Shown here: piece after piece, positions 24,801 through 37,514 of the stretch | How the letters are laid out: each line of letters begins with the position of its first letter | Numbering within the stretch: position 1 is the stretch's first letter | DNA from: Ginglymostoma cirratum | Lineage: Eukaryota | Length of the DNA stretch: 64,000 nucleotides | Assembly (NCBI GenBank): GCA_024137785.1 | Contig: JAHRHZ010000013.1 | Span: forward strand, 12,790,707-12,854,706 | Reading direction: 5' to 3' | The notes under the pieces: model-generated | Seen by the model: the letters and a program-made list of their open reading frames with translations, nothing else | The model's database searches: none | Told to the model about the DNA's origin: nothing | Position numbers and translations under genes: made by a program

Positions 24801-27800
24801 TCGAAGCTTTGTCGCAGCTCTTATCAGCAACGAAATCGAATTTAAAACCCTATTGTTAATGTTTGAAAATAAATTTAAAAAGCTAGCGACAAAAATAAGA
24901 CCGTGGTAAGACGAAGTCTTCACTCGAGGTATTTGACAGCTTTGCACTTTAAAGATGCAGTGCCTGCTTAACATTGAACTTCAACTTTGAAAAAAAGAAT
25001 GCTGCGCCAATGTAAGAAATGTACTTTTTGTAAAAAAAGATGAGAAATCTGTCGGGCGAAATGAAAGTTAAATCACAGTGACCATGGCTTAAAACAAACT
25101 TTCGGGAGAGCGAGAGAGAGGGGGAGAGAAATAGATAAATATTTGGACGAGCCCTGTCAACATTTGTGAAGTCGGTCGTGTCAGTAATTGCAATGAAACC
25201 GCGAGTTAGATATAATTTGTCGCGCATGGATTCATTCATTTTTAAATATCACGAACCACCGCGTACGAGTTTGATAACTATATTTGTGACCAGTAGATTT
25301 TTATGGTTGCCCTAAAGCTAATCAATACAGCCTGGAAACGGCCGGCCATTGTTGTCCTTTTACAAATTTTTCAGGAACTTCTCTTCGCATTAGTTTTCGG
25401 TCTTTCCCACGAGTTACATTGTCTGTTATTTCGCAAACGAAGTCACATATGGCTTAATTGCTTGCAACCGCAAAAACAATTTATAATACCGCAAAGCAAA
25501 TCAATTTTCTAACTTGAAATGCTTTCATTCATTTCTGCACTATCATTTTCATCCCCTAGATGGGATAAACGTTGCAAATGGGAAGAACACCTTCATGAAA
25601 AGCTGAACGTGGATATATCCCCATCCAGCCTCTACACGTACACTGAAAAATTCAACTGAAGCTAGTGCTGAGACAGCAACCGCTGCCTTTTGACGGAATT
25701 CTCCCACATTATTGTAAGACACGGTTATTCATTCACTAATAAAAAGTAGCTGGCTTTGAAATCGGCACGGTGAACTGGCAGCATCGACACGTGCAGACAT
25801 TTCGGAGAAAGAATGATTTTTCATTTTAAATCAAAAATTGTACAAATAAAAGCTTTTCTTAGCGCTGGTGGACGTCGAGTTGAGATGTTGTTGTGGAGGT
25901 TCTCCAGCTAGTTTGCATTTGTCTAATTGGCAAAACAAAACTTATGAATCTCAAAGTCTAAACTGGAAGTTATTGGCTTCGGCAGAGTTAATCTCTTATA
26001 ACGAAAATCGTGTTTTTGTTTTGCTGTCTGTGATTGTTTTACCGCCTCTTCAGTGGCAATGACAACAGTTAGTGTCGGCCATTTTTATGCCTAATGTCTC
26101 GGAAATTCCGCACAAAGTTCATTGAAGAGAAAGTACTTCGAAAAACGAGCATTTTATTGAGAGAAAATACTTACTATGTGTTAATAAACAACACTTCTTC
26201 AAGATTCAAAAGGCATTCGAAGTTTTGATAGGCACAGCCTCCAAATGGATGATACTTAAAGATGAAAACTAAGCCACAGTTGTGTGGGATTGTTCCTTTG
26301 TTAATTTTGTTGACCCCAGTAGATTTCTTGAAATGGTTCCGAAATAAGAGATTGTATAGAAAACATTGAGACCTAGAACTCAGCAAAATTAATACGCTAA
26401 AGGTATTCCCTAATATTATTTTTGCGTCCAATCAAAAACAGGCAGCACGACAATAACATCGTAGAGGCAGGAGCATTTAGTAAGGATTGGCAATGAAACT
26501 TGAAATTAATACACTTTGTACATAATAAATGAGCATTTTACACATTTTAAAAAAGCTGCAAGGACAATCATTTTAGTCTAAGATGATATACAGCTCTACG
26601 AGTATTTGAATGTATCGGTAGTTCAAGGGTGGGAATGCATCAAAATTGTTGCCGTAAACAATCAGGGCTTAAATCCTCGTTTATTTTTAGCTCCTGCATA
26701 ATTTCCTAATAAAACTATTGAAACACTTTCGCATGTTTTGTTAGAAAGTTTTGGATCATTATTTCAACAAATTCCCCTATCGGGAACATCCCGGTATTAA
26801 ATTGCCCAAAACATTACATAGAAAACGTTGGGCCGGCGCGTTCCTTTTTTCGAAGCACGCTACCCGCCAAAATAAAGAAGAAATTATTTAATCCCGAAAT
26901 TTCCCCTTTGGAATAATTGGAGCAATAGAACATTATATATTCAATACACTTGCATTTTGCTCGCAAGTTCACAAAGATGAAGTTTCACTTCTTAGTATTT
27001 CTGAGTCTATTGCGATTTTGTTTTGAAACATTATCAGTTTTAGGCGAAATGCTAACTTGAACAGATCCGGGAAGTTGATGTGATGTTTCTGAATTTGGCA
27101 TGCACGTTGTGAAATTTTCAAAAATGCAGTTATAACCGATGATCCGACACCAACGTTCCAGCTATGAGTTTTGGAAGCGGGATTAAAACTAAAACAAGTG
27201 CAAATGTGAAGGTTGAACAAATCCAACAATAGATTAATAATAATTTTCTACATTGTTTCTTTTCATAAAAGAAATTAAGATTAAACTTCAGCGGGCGCCA
27301 CTGCTCTAAAGCAATAGGGTAGCGAGGTCAACCAGCCATCAACATTGAAATTGCAGAAGGGAAGCACAGTTTTACTTGAATTAGCTGGTTTTGAACTTGA
27401 AGGAGCGTTACTTTGAACTTGGCTAGAGGAGCACAGCTCGGAATTTCCGAATTACCTACTTTAAAGGATCCGTACTCACCTCAAACGAGGGCAAAACTGG
27501 AACATGAGTAGGTGAGCTATTCCCCTGCATATTTCCGATAGATTCCTCCCACTTTGAAATCCACAATCTTTCAAAAAAAAAAGCCGGTACTGCACCATGC
27601 ACAGGTGCGGTGGGATCGCAAAGCTGTTTCTCTATCCAGTGCCTTGTTGGCGTACCCTGGCCAACTCAAAAGCGAAATTCTTCTAATTGCACCTAATCTT
27701 TGTCAAATTCGCATATTCCAAGCCTGTCGTGTGATTCTGTTGTCTCCCAGATGAACGTTCAGGACCCACACACGTAGCCTGTGTGACCACTAAACCTACA

Positions 27801-30800
27801 ATGTGACAAAATGACTGAATCCCTTTCAACTGAAAGAACATATGGGGTAACAATGAAATGCTGAACTTATACTCAATGTCAACAACAAAACTGACCGCGC
27901 CTGTGTGTACCAGAGAAAAAGGAGTGAACTGTGTTTTAATGAAAGCTGCAATTAATGAATTACATGCAGCTTCTTTGTTATATTTTATTAATGAGTTATG
28001 TAAATTACTTCAAATAACTGTGGTTCAGAATGCGATTTATATTTTCCTGCGAGTAGGACTTAGTAAATATTTTGAGTTCAATGGACAACACTCACATCAT
28101 AATATACTGTTTCATTTTGAAAACTTGTTTCCACACAGTTTTGCAAGCATTTACCATCGACACTTATGTTTGTTTATACTTTTACATGTAGAAGCACCAA
28201 GCTAAAGTTTTACTGCTTATTCATTAAGTATTTGAAATATTTACACTGACAACGAAAATGCCATGCTGTGACATTGCATTCGCATCTAAATATATTCAGA
28301 AGAACTCATATTCTAAATAAAAGTAGTAATGCACATCTTCGAAGTTGATGACATAAAATCTTTTGGCCTGTATTATTTGGCAAACAAGTAAACAAATCAC
28401 TACCGGGAAACCTTAACTATAAGACCACGTGAAAAATACAGATCCAAACCACTGAAAAGTTCACAATCAACATCAGAAATTAAACCTATTGAATCTAAGT
28501 ATGAAACAAAAACCTTTAAAAACCGAATTTATTTTGCTTTTCTTGACATGTAATCTCGTATCTGGAGGTACAAAAACGACTGAATCGGAGGCAATGATTT
28601 ATTTTATATTCAATTTAGAATAAGCGGTTAGTGGAACAGTCGGACTTGTGATTTTAAGGAACTCTGGAGTTATATGTCACATAAAATGTATCACGACAAT
28701 TTAAAGGATGTTTTGACGTGTGATATTAGAGTGCTAATTGGAATTGTACTCACGATCACACATCTGGGTATTCACCAAAGATATACTTAACTTTTGTAAA
28801 TACTCGAGTTTTATATTATTTATCAATGGCAACATGTTATTTAAAAATTCCAAAAAGTGGAATATATTTCACCGCTAAATATAGGCAAATCTATTAGTTG
28901 ATAGGTTAATTATGCCTTGTGTCAGTTTGAAAACTCAACACTCGTTACACAGATAGAAATGAAACATGAGGTACTCAGAATGATCTGCAACATTATCTGC
29001 CCCAAACATCATCGCAACTATTATTAGCTTAATATTATATGCGTGTGTATGAGCACACACTCATGTATGTATAAGTAGAAATATATAAAGGTAGGAATAT
29101 TAAATAAATCTTTTAGTGCCATATTTGTAATATATACCATGTACTATTCGTTTCGTATGTGAAATCTACACACATGAATTTCCCCAGAATATTATATATT
29201 TACATTTGTATACTTCCATTAATGTACGGGCACAATATTAATAATTGCATCTATACTTTAGCAGGTCGTACGTAAATATAATGTTCGATGTTGCACAATG
29301 GCGTGGCATGTATACTATGTCTTCTTCATTTTTTAAATGAGTGCCCTTACTTTTAAAAGTACAGTTCCGTTTTTGTCTTCTATAACAACTGAACTAGCTC
29401 ACTGATTATATATTTCCTGCTAAAGAATTCGTTTTTTCCGTTCCGTGTTGTGACCAATGTCTTAGGCGTATGCACTAATATTGCACTGCGGTCACATTCT
29501 GTACTAAATGAGGGGAAAGCAACGGGACAATTACTTATGTCCTTCACAAGTGTATCTGATTGAGCTGAAAGCAGATTAACTCAAAAAACACCAAATAATA
29601 TCGGGTCTTCTTTTAAAGTCGCTGTGATTCTAGAGTCTTGTGTTTCAAGTGTTAAATGGAACAACTGCGCTGTCAGTCCGGCGAAATTTCACTTAAAAAT
29701 TATAGACAGCCTTTTAAAAAAAAAGGCACCCTTACTGTTTCTTCGGAGTTGAGGCTGTGGACAGTATTGCACATTCATTTTAAGCAACCCTTCATTATTG
29801 GGTCCAGGTCAGGCATTTTAGACTGAAGATTATTTTGGAATGATCCACACTATCATGAAATAGGCATTTCCTCAGTCTACTTATCAAATTTTAAGCTTTA
29901 GATAAATTTATTGTACGATACTAAGTTAGCAAGAGAGATAAAAATATAAACCGTGGTTTGTAGTATATTCTACAATACATGATGCATGACCTCAAAATGA
30001 AAAGAGTAAAATAAATCCAATGAACCGTTTTTATCCATAAAAATACACATAATGAAGGCAAAAAGAACAACTACTCCAGCGTAATTTAATATGGGCAAAG
30101 ATACAGCGATGTGATTATTTCGATTTTTTTATTTTAAAAATGAAAATAAGACTGGCGAATTTAAATTCAAAACTATATTAGGTATATCTTAACGCGCCTT
30201 GGATTCTCGACAAGGGCTTCAAACCTTAATGTTCTCTAACACATTATAAAATGATGTGATCTTGTAATTATGAATAATTCAAGGCAGAAAGCCATTCAAA
30301 TTCGCTTGGCTATTGTTTCGTATATTTCTATAGAAATGTTAAGTCTTTTATGGCATTCGAAAGTGACATATGCGTGCGTCTCCGACTGCACGACACAGGA
30401 GATCATTACTGAAGCTATTTCACAGTTCAAATTCAATGATGCACATGCATTATTGTTTTTACAGTAAACTAGTTTAATCGCTCGTGATCGCCACAGTACT
30501 CATAAAAGGCACTTTTATTTACTGTAAATAGAGATTCACGGTTCAAGATGAATCATTGACACAGAAGAATTTGACGAATCGAAAGCTAAATGATTATACT
30601 GTAGAATGTCAGTTCCCATTGATTGCATCTCCTGCTTGCTGTGCTTATATCATTAGGGTAACATTGACAATATCATTATTTTTAGCTAAACTTTTATCTT
30701 GCAATATATTAATAACAAGCAATGCCTCGGGTAATCAGAAATTTGCCATTGACTTCTCACTGCCTATGTACAATGCTTTACCTTTAGTTTATTTTACTTA

Positions 30801-32258
30801 AATCTCAAGAACGACAAAAGAAGAAACAAAAATGCCGAAAAAGGTTTTTGCACGATTAGTTTCTTTGGAAGCGTAAATAATGGTCAATTTTAACAATAAA
30901 ATGAGCTGATTTAGTCGTACCAATCACAAATGGTTACGCTTAACTAATAAAACATTGATCAATTATTCCTTCATCTTCCCAGTAAATAGAAATCTTATGA
31001 TATACTTCAAATCTGTGCATCCAGAAAACAATGATCTCGGATCATTAGTCCAGTCTTGATCAGGAAGAATGTGGGTGGTTCTCTTCAAGTAGTTTCCAAC
31101 AAACATTTCAAGGGATTTTACAAGCGGGTGGTGTGATTGGTTTGAATGCGTCATGTGATGAATGTACAAGTTTTTTATTCCCACAACATTTTGACAAACC
31201 AGGATTCATTGCTGCAACGGGCAACTCCTGGATTGTGGCTTAGACTGTATTAAGAAAGGAGGCAAATGAAAATTAAATGAGTTGTTTTGTCTGGTCATTG
31301 CACAGTTCAACTTAAACGTAACAACCTCTCTTACTTACAAAGGCCAACCTGGTTAGCATAATCAGAACCAGTAAAAACGTATTTCTATATTATGCACGCA
31401 TGAATCAACGAAATTTCTGTCTGTGCAATTTCTGAATTTTCCCAAAACATATCGCTACAATATTTGGTTGCTGCAAAGGCAGATAAAAATGTCTAATTTT
31501 ATACAAAAAAATGAAACCTCGGCTACCATTATCCACATGGTATACTTGTACTGAACGCGGCCTGTATGTTTATAAACAAATACAATTCTTAAAATCTCGG
31601 GTTAATTGCAGCCATATTCCACAATACCACTGACGCAAAAATGCTTTAGCTTTCGTGATACTGTTTCTTTTTAAATGACATTTTTGATCAGTCATGAATT
31701 ATATGAGAATGAAAGTGAATTGACAAACAGTTTAGCAGATGCAGACAGATGGAACACAGAGATAGAGTAAGTAATGCAAGCGTGGAAGTGGACAGACAGC
31801 CTACAGGCAGATCAACTGTTCCTTCTAACTAAGAATTTTCCAAACGTGATCATGGTCAACTTTACCTGATTAGTTAATGTTTCCTTAGTTATTTTATTGA
31901 GGCTAAAATTAAAACCAACCGCAATGATCCATTTGCGAAATACATTTCCATATTTCTTTCTATTGATTTCACACCTTTGCACTTGTGAATCCAGTACGAC
32001 GCCTAAAATTGTTGATTAGTTTTAAAGGTTTTATTGTTAATACTAGTAAATGACTCCCTACTGGTCGTTCAAATTCGAACATTTCAAATAATTTCTCTGA
32101 ACATTTCCACAAGTTGGATAATGCGTTATTAGTTGTTAGAGTTACTGACCTACATCTGACAGCTCCATTTCGCCCTTTGCTCTTTGATCGTTGAAATAGT
32201 TATGTTTGCTTGTTCTCTCGCTCGGTCAATGCGTGAGTAAATGAATATCTACGGATTT

Positions 32259-32275
32259 AACAGTAGATGGCGCAC
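32259..32275 (+). promoter_or_regulatory. CTCF-like motif between HoxA11 and HoxA13
   Basis: AACAGTAGATGGCGCAC fits the CTCF core (CAGTAGATGGCGC). It lies just 3' of HoxA13, like the mammalian site in this interval. Confidence 0.7.
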
Positions 32276-33879
32276 TTGTTCTACCAATACACTTCATGAC
32301 TATTCATGAGTGGTTAATAGTCAAGGTCAAAGACTATCTGTTTTCGTCAAGGTCAAGGTTTAAGCCCCCCTCCCAACGCCCTGCCTCCATATTAAAGCCA
32401 AGGGGGGACCTTATATTTCCAATCGGAATATGGAGACCAATTCATTGCCTTTAAACTTTCAGCAAACGCTAATGCAAACTTGAGAATCCACTCTGAAAAG
32501 CGTTTTTACCGTCATAATCGTGATACTTTTACTGGTAGTAATGTTTTCGATTAGAAACAACAGGGAACATTCTCGGATACCTTTTGTTCTCAGTCCTGAT
32601 TAATTCTACGTACGAAAGCATGGTTCCGAGGTATTTTAGACCTTTACAGCAATGACGGAGTTGACATGAAGAATAAATCTGGGTTGGACCATTTTTATTT
32701 ACATTTTAGTTTAAAGGCTGTTAGTTGGAGTCATGTTTCTCAACAACAAAAAAATCGACGCTTGTGTTTATGAAGATCTTTTATTCGTGAAATATTTTCT
32801 TGTAACGCAAGTAATTCACTAGATGAAAAAGACAACAGGGTATACAAATTAAACAGCTGCAGCATAATGCAAGACATCTTAATTTCGTGATTATCATTCG
32901 TAATTTTTTTACTATTATTGGTATATATTAACTAAGCAGGAGGGTGCATGCAGATATAACATTGCAGTATTTTCAAAAAAAAAATACAATTGCACGCAGA
33001 TGTCATCATTTTTAGGAAGGAAGCTGAGAGCCTTAGGTCTGCGTGAAGCCTAATGCTATGTGAAGTGGGTAACATAACAAGCTGGCAGAAAAGACTTAAT
33101 ATTTAGTTAATTTACACGGGATGGGGTGGTTCTATGTTTGCAGACAGATCTTTCTTCTGCTGTGTAGAAAATGGCAATCTGGACTGCTATTTAATTTCCG
33201 AAAGTGTGGATGCTCATAATATATACATAGGTCGAAATGTAGAATGCTTGAATAGTACGTATTTACTTCCGCATATACATTGCTATTTAGAATATATTCT
33301 TCCTTCTACCTGTACATTAATATCTTTAAAGATAGCGCATCCCATCCAAAGAAAATGTAATGCGTAAACATACATTTTATTTTATATTTCACGATATATC
33401 CCATAGGTTACCTGAGGAAAAACTCTCATGCACTCTAGTGTTTTGTTAACCAGAACCTTTTCCAGCAAAACACATTTTCTTTAGGTGCTTTGATGAGGTT
33501 TGTGCGAAGGTACTGCATAAATCCAATTGGTACAATTATTGTTTTGAAAAGATCTGGTTTATATGCGGTCAATAACTAAGCCCGCAGGTTTGCTACATTT
33601 CAAAATAGTAACCTTTTTAGACTCTTGATTGGATGGGCTTGATTGCCTTTTGGCGAACATTAGCTTGTTTTCACAACATCATGATGCAATGTCTCTCCGA
33701 GATATTTACTTGTGTGCGTTTGCTTTTTTTTGTCAAGAAAAAGCAACGCGCAGGCAGAAAGAAAGAAAATAAATCTAGCATCAAGAAAATGAGCGGTGGT
33801 GAGGTTTTTTTTCTTCAGGCTGAGATCAGAAATTTGTAAAATGTTCAAATGAAGTCCGATTGGCTCTGGAATTGTCGCA

Positions 33880-34124
33880 CTAGCTGTTAGTTTTCAGTTT
33901 AGTGAGAACTTTCTTTTCTTTGACTCGTCTGTTTTGAAACCAAATAGTGACTTGTCTCTCAGAGAGGTTTGTAGATGCAGATATCCTTCTTCGTTTGTCC
34001 TTGGTGATGAATTTATTCGTGGCATATTCCCGCTCAAGTTCTTTCAACTGCACTTTGGTGTATGGTACTCTTTTCTTCCTACCACGCCGAAAAGAGCTCG
34101 CATCCGAGGGATGCGAAACCACGT
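33880..34124 (-). CDS. hoxa13: HoxA13 exon 2 (homeodomain)
   Basis: (D)[80 protein letters not shown]. Acceptor TCACAG| at 34125/34124. Confidence 0.97.
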
Positions 34125-34514
34125 CTGTGAAGAGGAAAACACACCTCACCATCCATAGCATTTAGCAGTCGTCACCAAAAACAAACATAAAAACGGTAAC
34201 TGACACCGGAGTCAAGTTCAAGTGCCGTGGGGGATATTATCTCGACTATACCCTGTGCAATAAAAATTTAGCCGAAAATATAGTTTTGAAAATGCATGAG
34301 GCTTGAGAAGTGATAATGAAAAATCATAATGATATTAACTGCATGATACCATAGCGGTGCTAGTACTGGGGCATCACGCGTATGCCTTCTTAATCATAAC
34401 CCATTGAAAACTTAAGACCCGTTAGCCGTATGTATTTACACCTCACAATGCTTTGTTCCCTTCTCTTTAACAGTTTGGAGTGACATTGTAAGACTCGTGG
34501 TTATCTATACTTAC

Positions 34515-35160
34515 CTGGCAAGCTTGATTTCCAGAGGTGGGTGGCTTGAGGTTGCTCTTTCGAGCAGCAGACTTGCCCGTTCCACCCATTGGTAATTGCC
34601 CAGGGCTGGTAGCTCTCCATGGATAATAGTGTTTCATGTCTCGGTTCCCCCGGAGTGCTGATAGTGGGAACCACAGGTACGTCCAAATAGCTGGGCATGG
34701 GTTGGTATGGCCCCGCGTAACCTTGGTAGAAAGCGAACTCCTTAGCTCTGGAGGTGAATTCCTCGCCGGCGGACGTGTCCATATACTTGTCGGCAGGATA
34801 GCCAGACAAGGTAGAGGGCTGAGCACAGGACTTGATGCTGCTATGGTGGCTCATGCGGCAGGGATAGTAACTGCTCCCAAAGTATCCATAAGGAAGGGCG
34901 GCACTGGACGAAGTTTGAGCAGGACAAGGACTACACTGTTTGACAGGTTCAGAGATGCCAGAGGCTGGCACTTCACTCGACGAGTAGGCAGAGCTGGGAG
35001 CTAGGGATGCTGGATGGGTCATCAAATTCCTGCATTGATTTGCTGTGAAGTTCCCTCCCGAAAATCCATCCATGTTTTTATTAATTTCATCCAAACTGTT
35101 GTCGTAGACGAACATTACCGTGTCGATCCAGCGGGGATGAAGTATCACGGACGCTGTCAT
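34515..35160 (-). CDS. hoxa13: HoxA13 exon 1
   Basis: [22 protein letters not shown]...ANQCRNLM...[15 protein letters not shown]...[15 protein letters not shown]...[14 protein letters not shown]. Donor CCAG|GTAAGT at 34515/34514. Spliced CDS is 646+245=891 nt (296 aa). Confidence 0.97.
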
Positions 35161-35269
35161 ATCACGTCCAACATTGAGACTAGTGGCCGTTTTAAAAGCC
35201 CCTAAGACTGAAAAGAGATACTGAATCTCTGAGACTTAGCAGCATTGACGAGCCAGTGTCGCTGAAGCC

Positions 35270-35330
35270 TGCTTCCTCATTGGCTGCGAGGTGACCACGT
35301 GATATGCAAAGTAGACGGTAAATATATGAA
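35270..35330 (-). promoter_or_regulatory. HoxA13 proximal promoter (CCAAT box plus E-box)
   Basis: CATTGGCTGC (CCAAT on the minus strand) and GACCACGTGA about 120-140 nt upstream of the ATG. Confidence 0.6.
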
Positions 35331-37483
35331 GAATTAAAAAGGTACATTCTCCATTAGTTCAACAAAGCAACATTGGGCTATTTACATAAATGAGCAACTG
35401 GAATAAATCACGCTTACTAACATATCTGGCTACTAACGGTGCACAAAATAAGCCAGTGATGTATGAACATCACATAAATGAATAGACAGAAAATAGGGCA
35501 ATATTTTGCATGTGCAGAAAACAAGACAATCCAAAACTGCTAGCATTTTTATTTGCATGTAACGGGATGAATAATGAACATAATTATAGGCTAGATCACA
35601 TTAAATATTTTACAGTTTGGTGAAGGTATTTTTGTGTGGTTGATTATTGTACCTGTGACTGTGGTTACTTTTATATAAATGTTCATACAATCCACCCTTT
35701 TGCAACCTATATTTCTGACCAACGAAAGGCGCTTTCTTCTAAAATACTTTGTCGCTTAAGCAAAATCTGACAGTAGGATGGCCTAAAACCACACTTTCCC
35801 AGTTCATTTTTTTTTTGCATTTCACTTCATAAATAATATCTTCAGGTACTTGAAACCAATAAGAAATTAACTTTTAAAGAACTAAGTAGCAGCAGAATTT
35901 TATAGTGTAAAGGAAACATCTGTATGACCTTTGTCTTGCTTCATGACATAACTCGTTAAACCAAATGGCAATAATGCCATAGAACAGCCCGAAATTATTC
36001 CAGAGCTACACTTCTTAAGCCGTGATAATTATTTGAGGGAATACATCTCTTCATTCTGGATATACTGTTTGCCGTTAAACTAAGCACCAGAACAAAGTTT
36101 ATTAAAATGAATCACTATGCAGGTTGGAAATCATCTTCTACAGCAACCAGTTAATTTGAATTTCTACTTACGCGGACCAAATAATGCTTTTACTTGCTAT
36201 GGTGAGAGCAACATTTCTGGCCAGTCACAAATATAGATACATTCGGATCAAAAGACATTTATAAGACAGATAAAGATATCCACTAATTCTTTGTTTGCCG
36301 TTTGCCATCCCTGATACAAAAGTACTTAAATAAATGTCAGCGTTCTTACTTCCCCCGCTAATGCAGCCGATTCGTGTCAATTTACTTGCTGCAAAATATG
36401 CATTCATTGAGCAAGAACATAACTCACATAACTGGCTTTTACATTGAAATATCAGTGCAAGGATTTTATGAGTACCTGGCGCAATTAAATACATGGAAAA
36501 GGGATAAACGGTGAATTATTTAACAATAGCTGGCACGTTGTTAAATGAGCAAAAATGCATAAATATGATTTGTTTTATAATATGTAGCACATTGTTAAAA
36601 ACGCTATTTAATCGATAAATATTAAGCTTTTTCTAAATGGATTTGAAATCAATTTGCAGTTATTTGCGGAAAAATATAGGGACAAACATTCTTCCCACAG
36701 TCATATGCTGCATGCTGAGAAGCAGTTGCTGCTGAAAATGCATACAAAAAGCAAAAACATAGCCGGTATTGTCCGGTTGGTGTAGATATTGATTTTTGGT
36801 ACAATTTCAGTCACTTACTCATCTACCAAGCACTATAATGTATACAATGATAACCAGGTTGTAACAAACGAACAGTTCAAGCTTGTTTCATTCAACTGTT
36901 TGCTCTAAGTTGTTTTTTTTCTGTAACAGGATTCAGTGGCAGTGGTAATGCAGCAGTTCAGAACAATCATTTTACAATAAAATGCTCCTATTATGTTCTT
37001 TCCAATTTTCCCTCTCTCGCTCTCACTAAGTCTTTAACTGCCCTTTCCTGTTTATCTCTCCCTTCCCTTGTTTTCTTGTATCCATTCGAAATGTCTTGCC
37101 CCTATTTTAGTACAGGAATCATCCAATCGCGTGAGAAACAGCTGCCCACTGTTCCTCCAAACTTCTTTTAGAAATTGGAAGTGATACGAACCTCGATGAT
37201 TTAGGAGCCCTGATTCCGAGCTGCTGCTGACCATCGTTATTGGAGCGGAGACGCTGAATTCCAATTATGTCGAAGATAAACATTCTCCGACGACTAACGT
37301 GCCACAGTACGGCGAAATTAAAGCGTCTCTCCAGCGAATCCGGAATTTTTTATACAGTATCCCCCTTTCGAAACATTGGCTGCGAATTATCATCTTTTTC
37401 TGGATTATAGTTGTGTAAACATATTGAAGTAATTTCACAACAGCGAACCTCGGAGAGAAATTATGACAAATCAAGTCGGAAAT

Positions 37484-37487
<4 letters not shown>

Positions 37488-37514
<27 letters not shown>
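37488..37514. repeat. (TG)n microsatellite
   Basis: About 13 perfect TG units. Confidence 0.95.

Noticed and set aside
26969-27229. ORF with HINFPDLFKLAFRLKLIMFQNK, superficially like a HoxA12 homeobox ghost at the expected position
   Set aside because: No Trp in helix 3, no KKR or helix 1 similarity, and a deletion must be assumed. It is probably chance; a tBLASTn with Hox12 would settle it.
34467-35205. Alternative-frame and antisense ORFs over HoxA13 exon 1 (also over HoxA10 and HoxA11 exon 1)
   Set aside because: Shadows of GC-rich coding sequence with no recognisable protein features.
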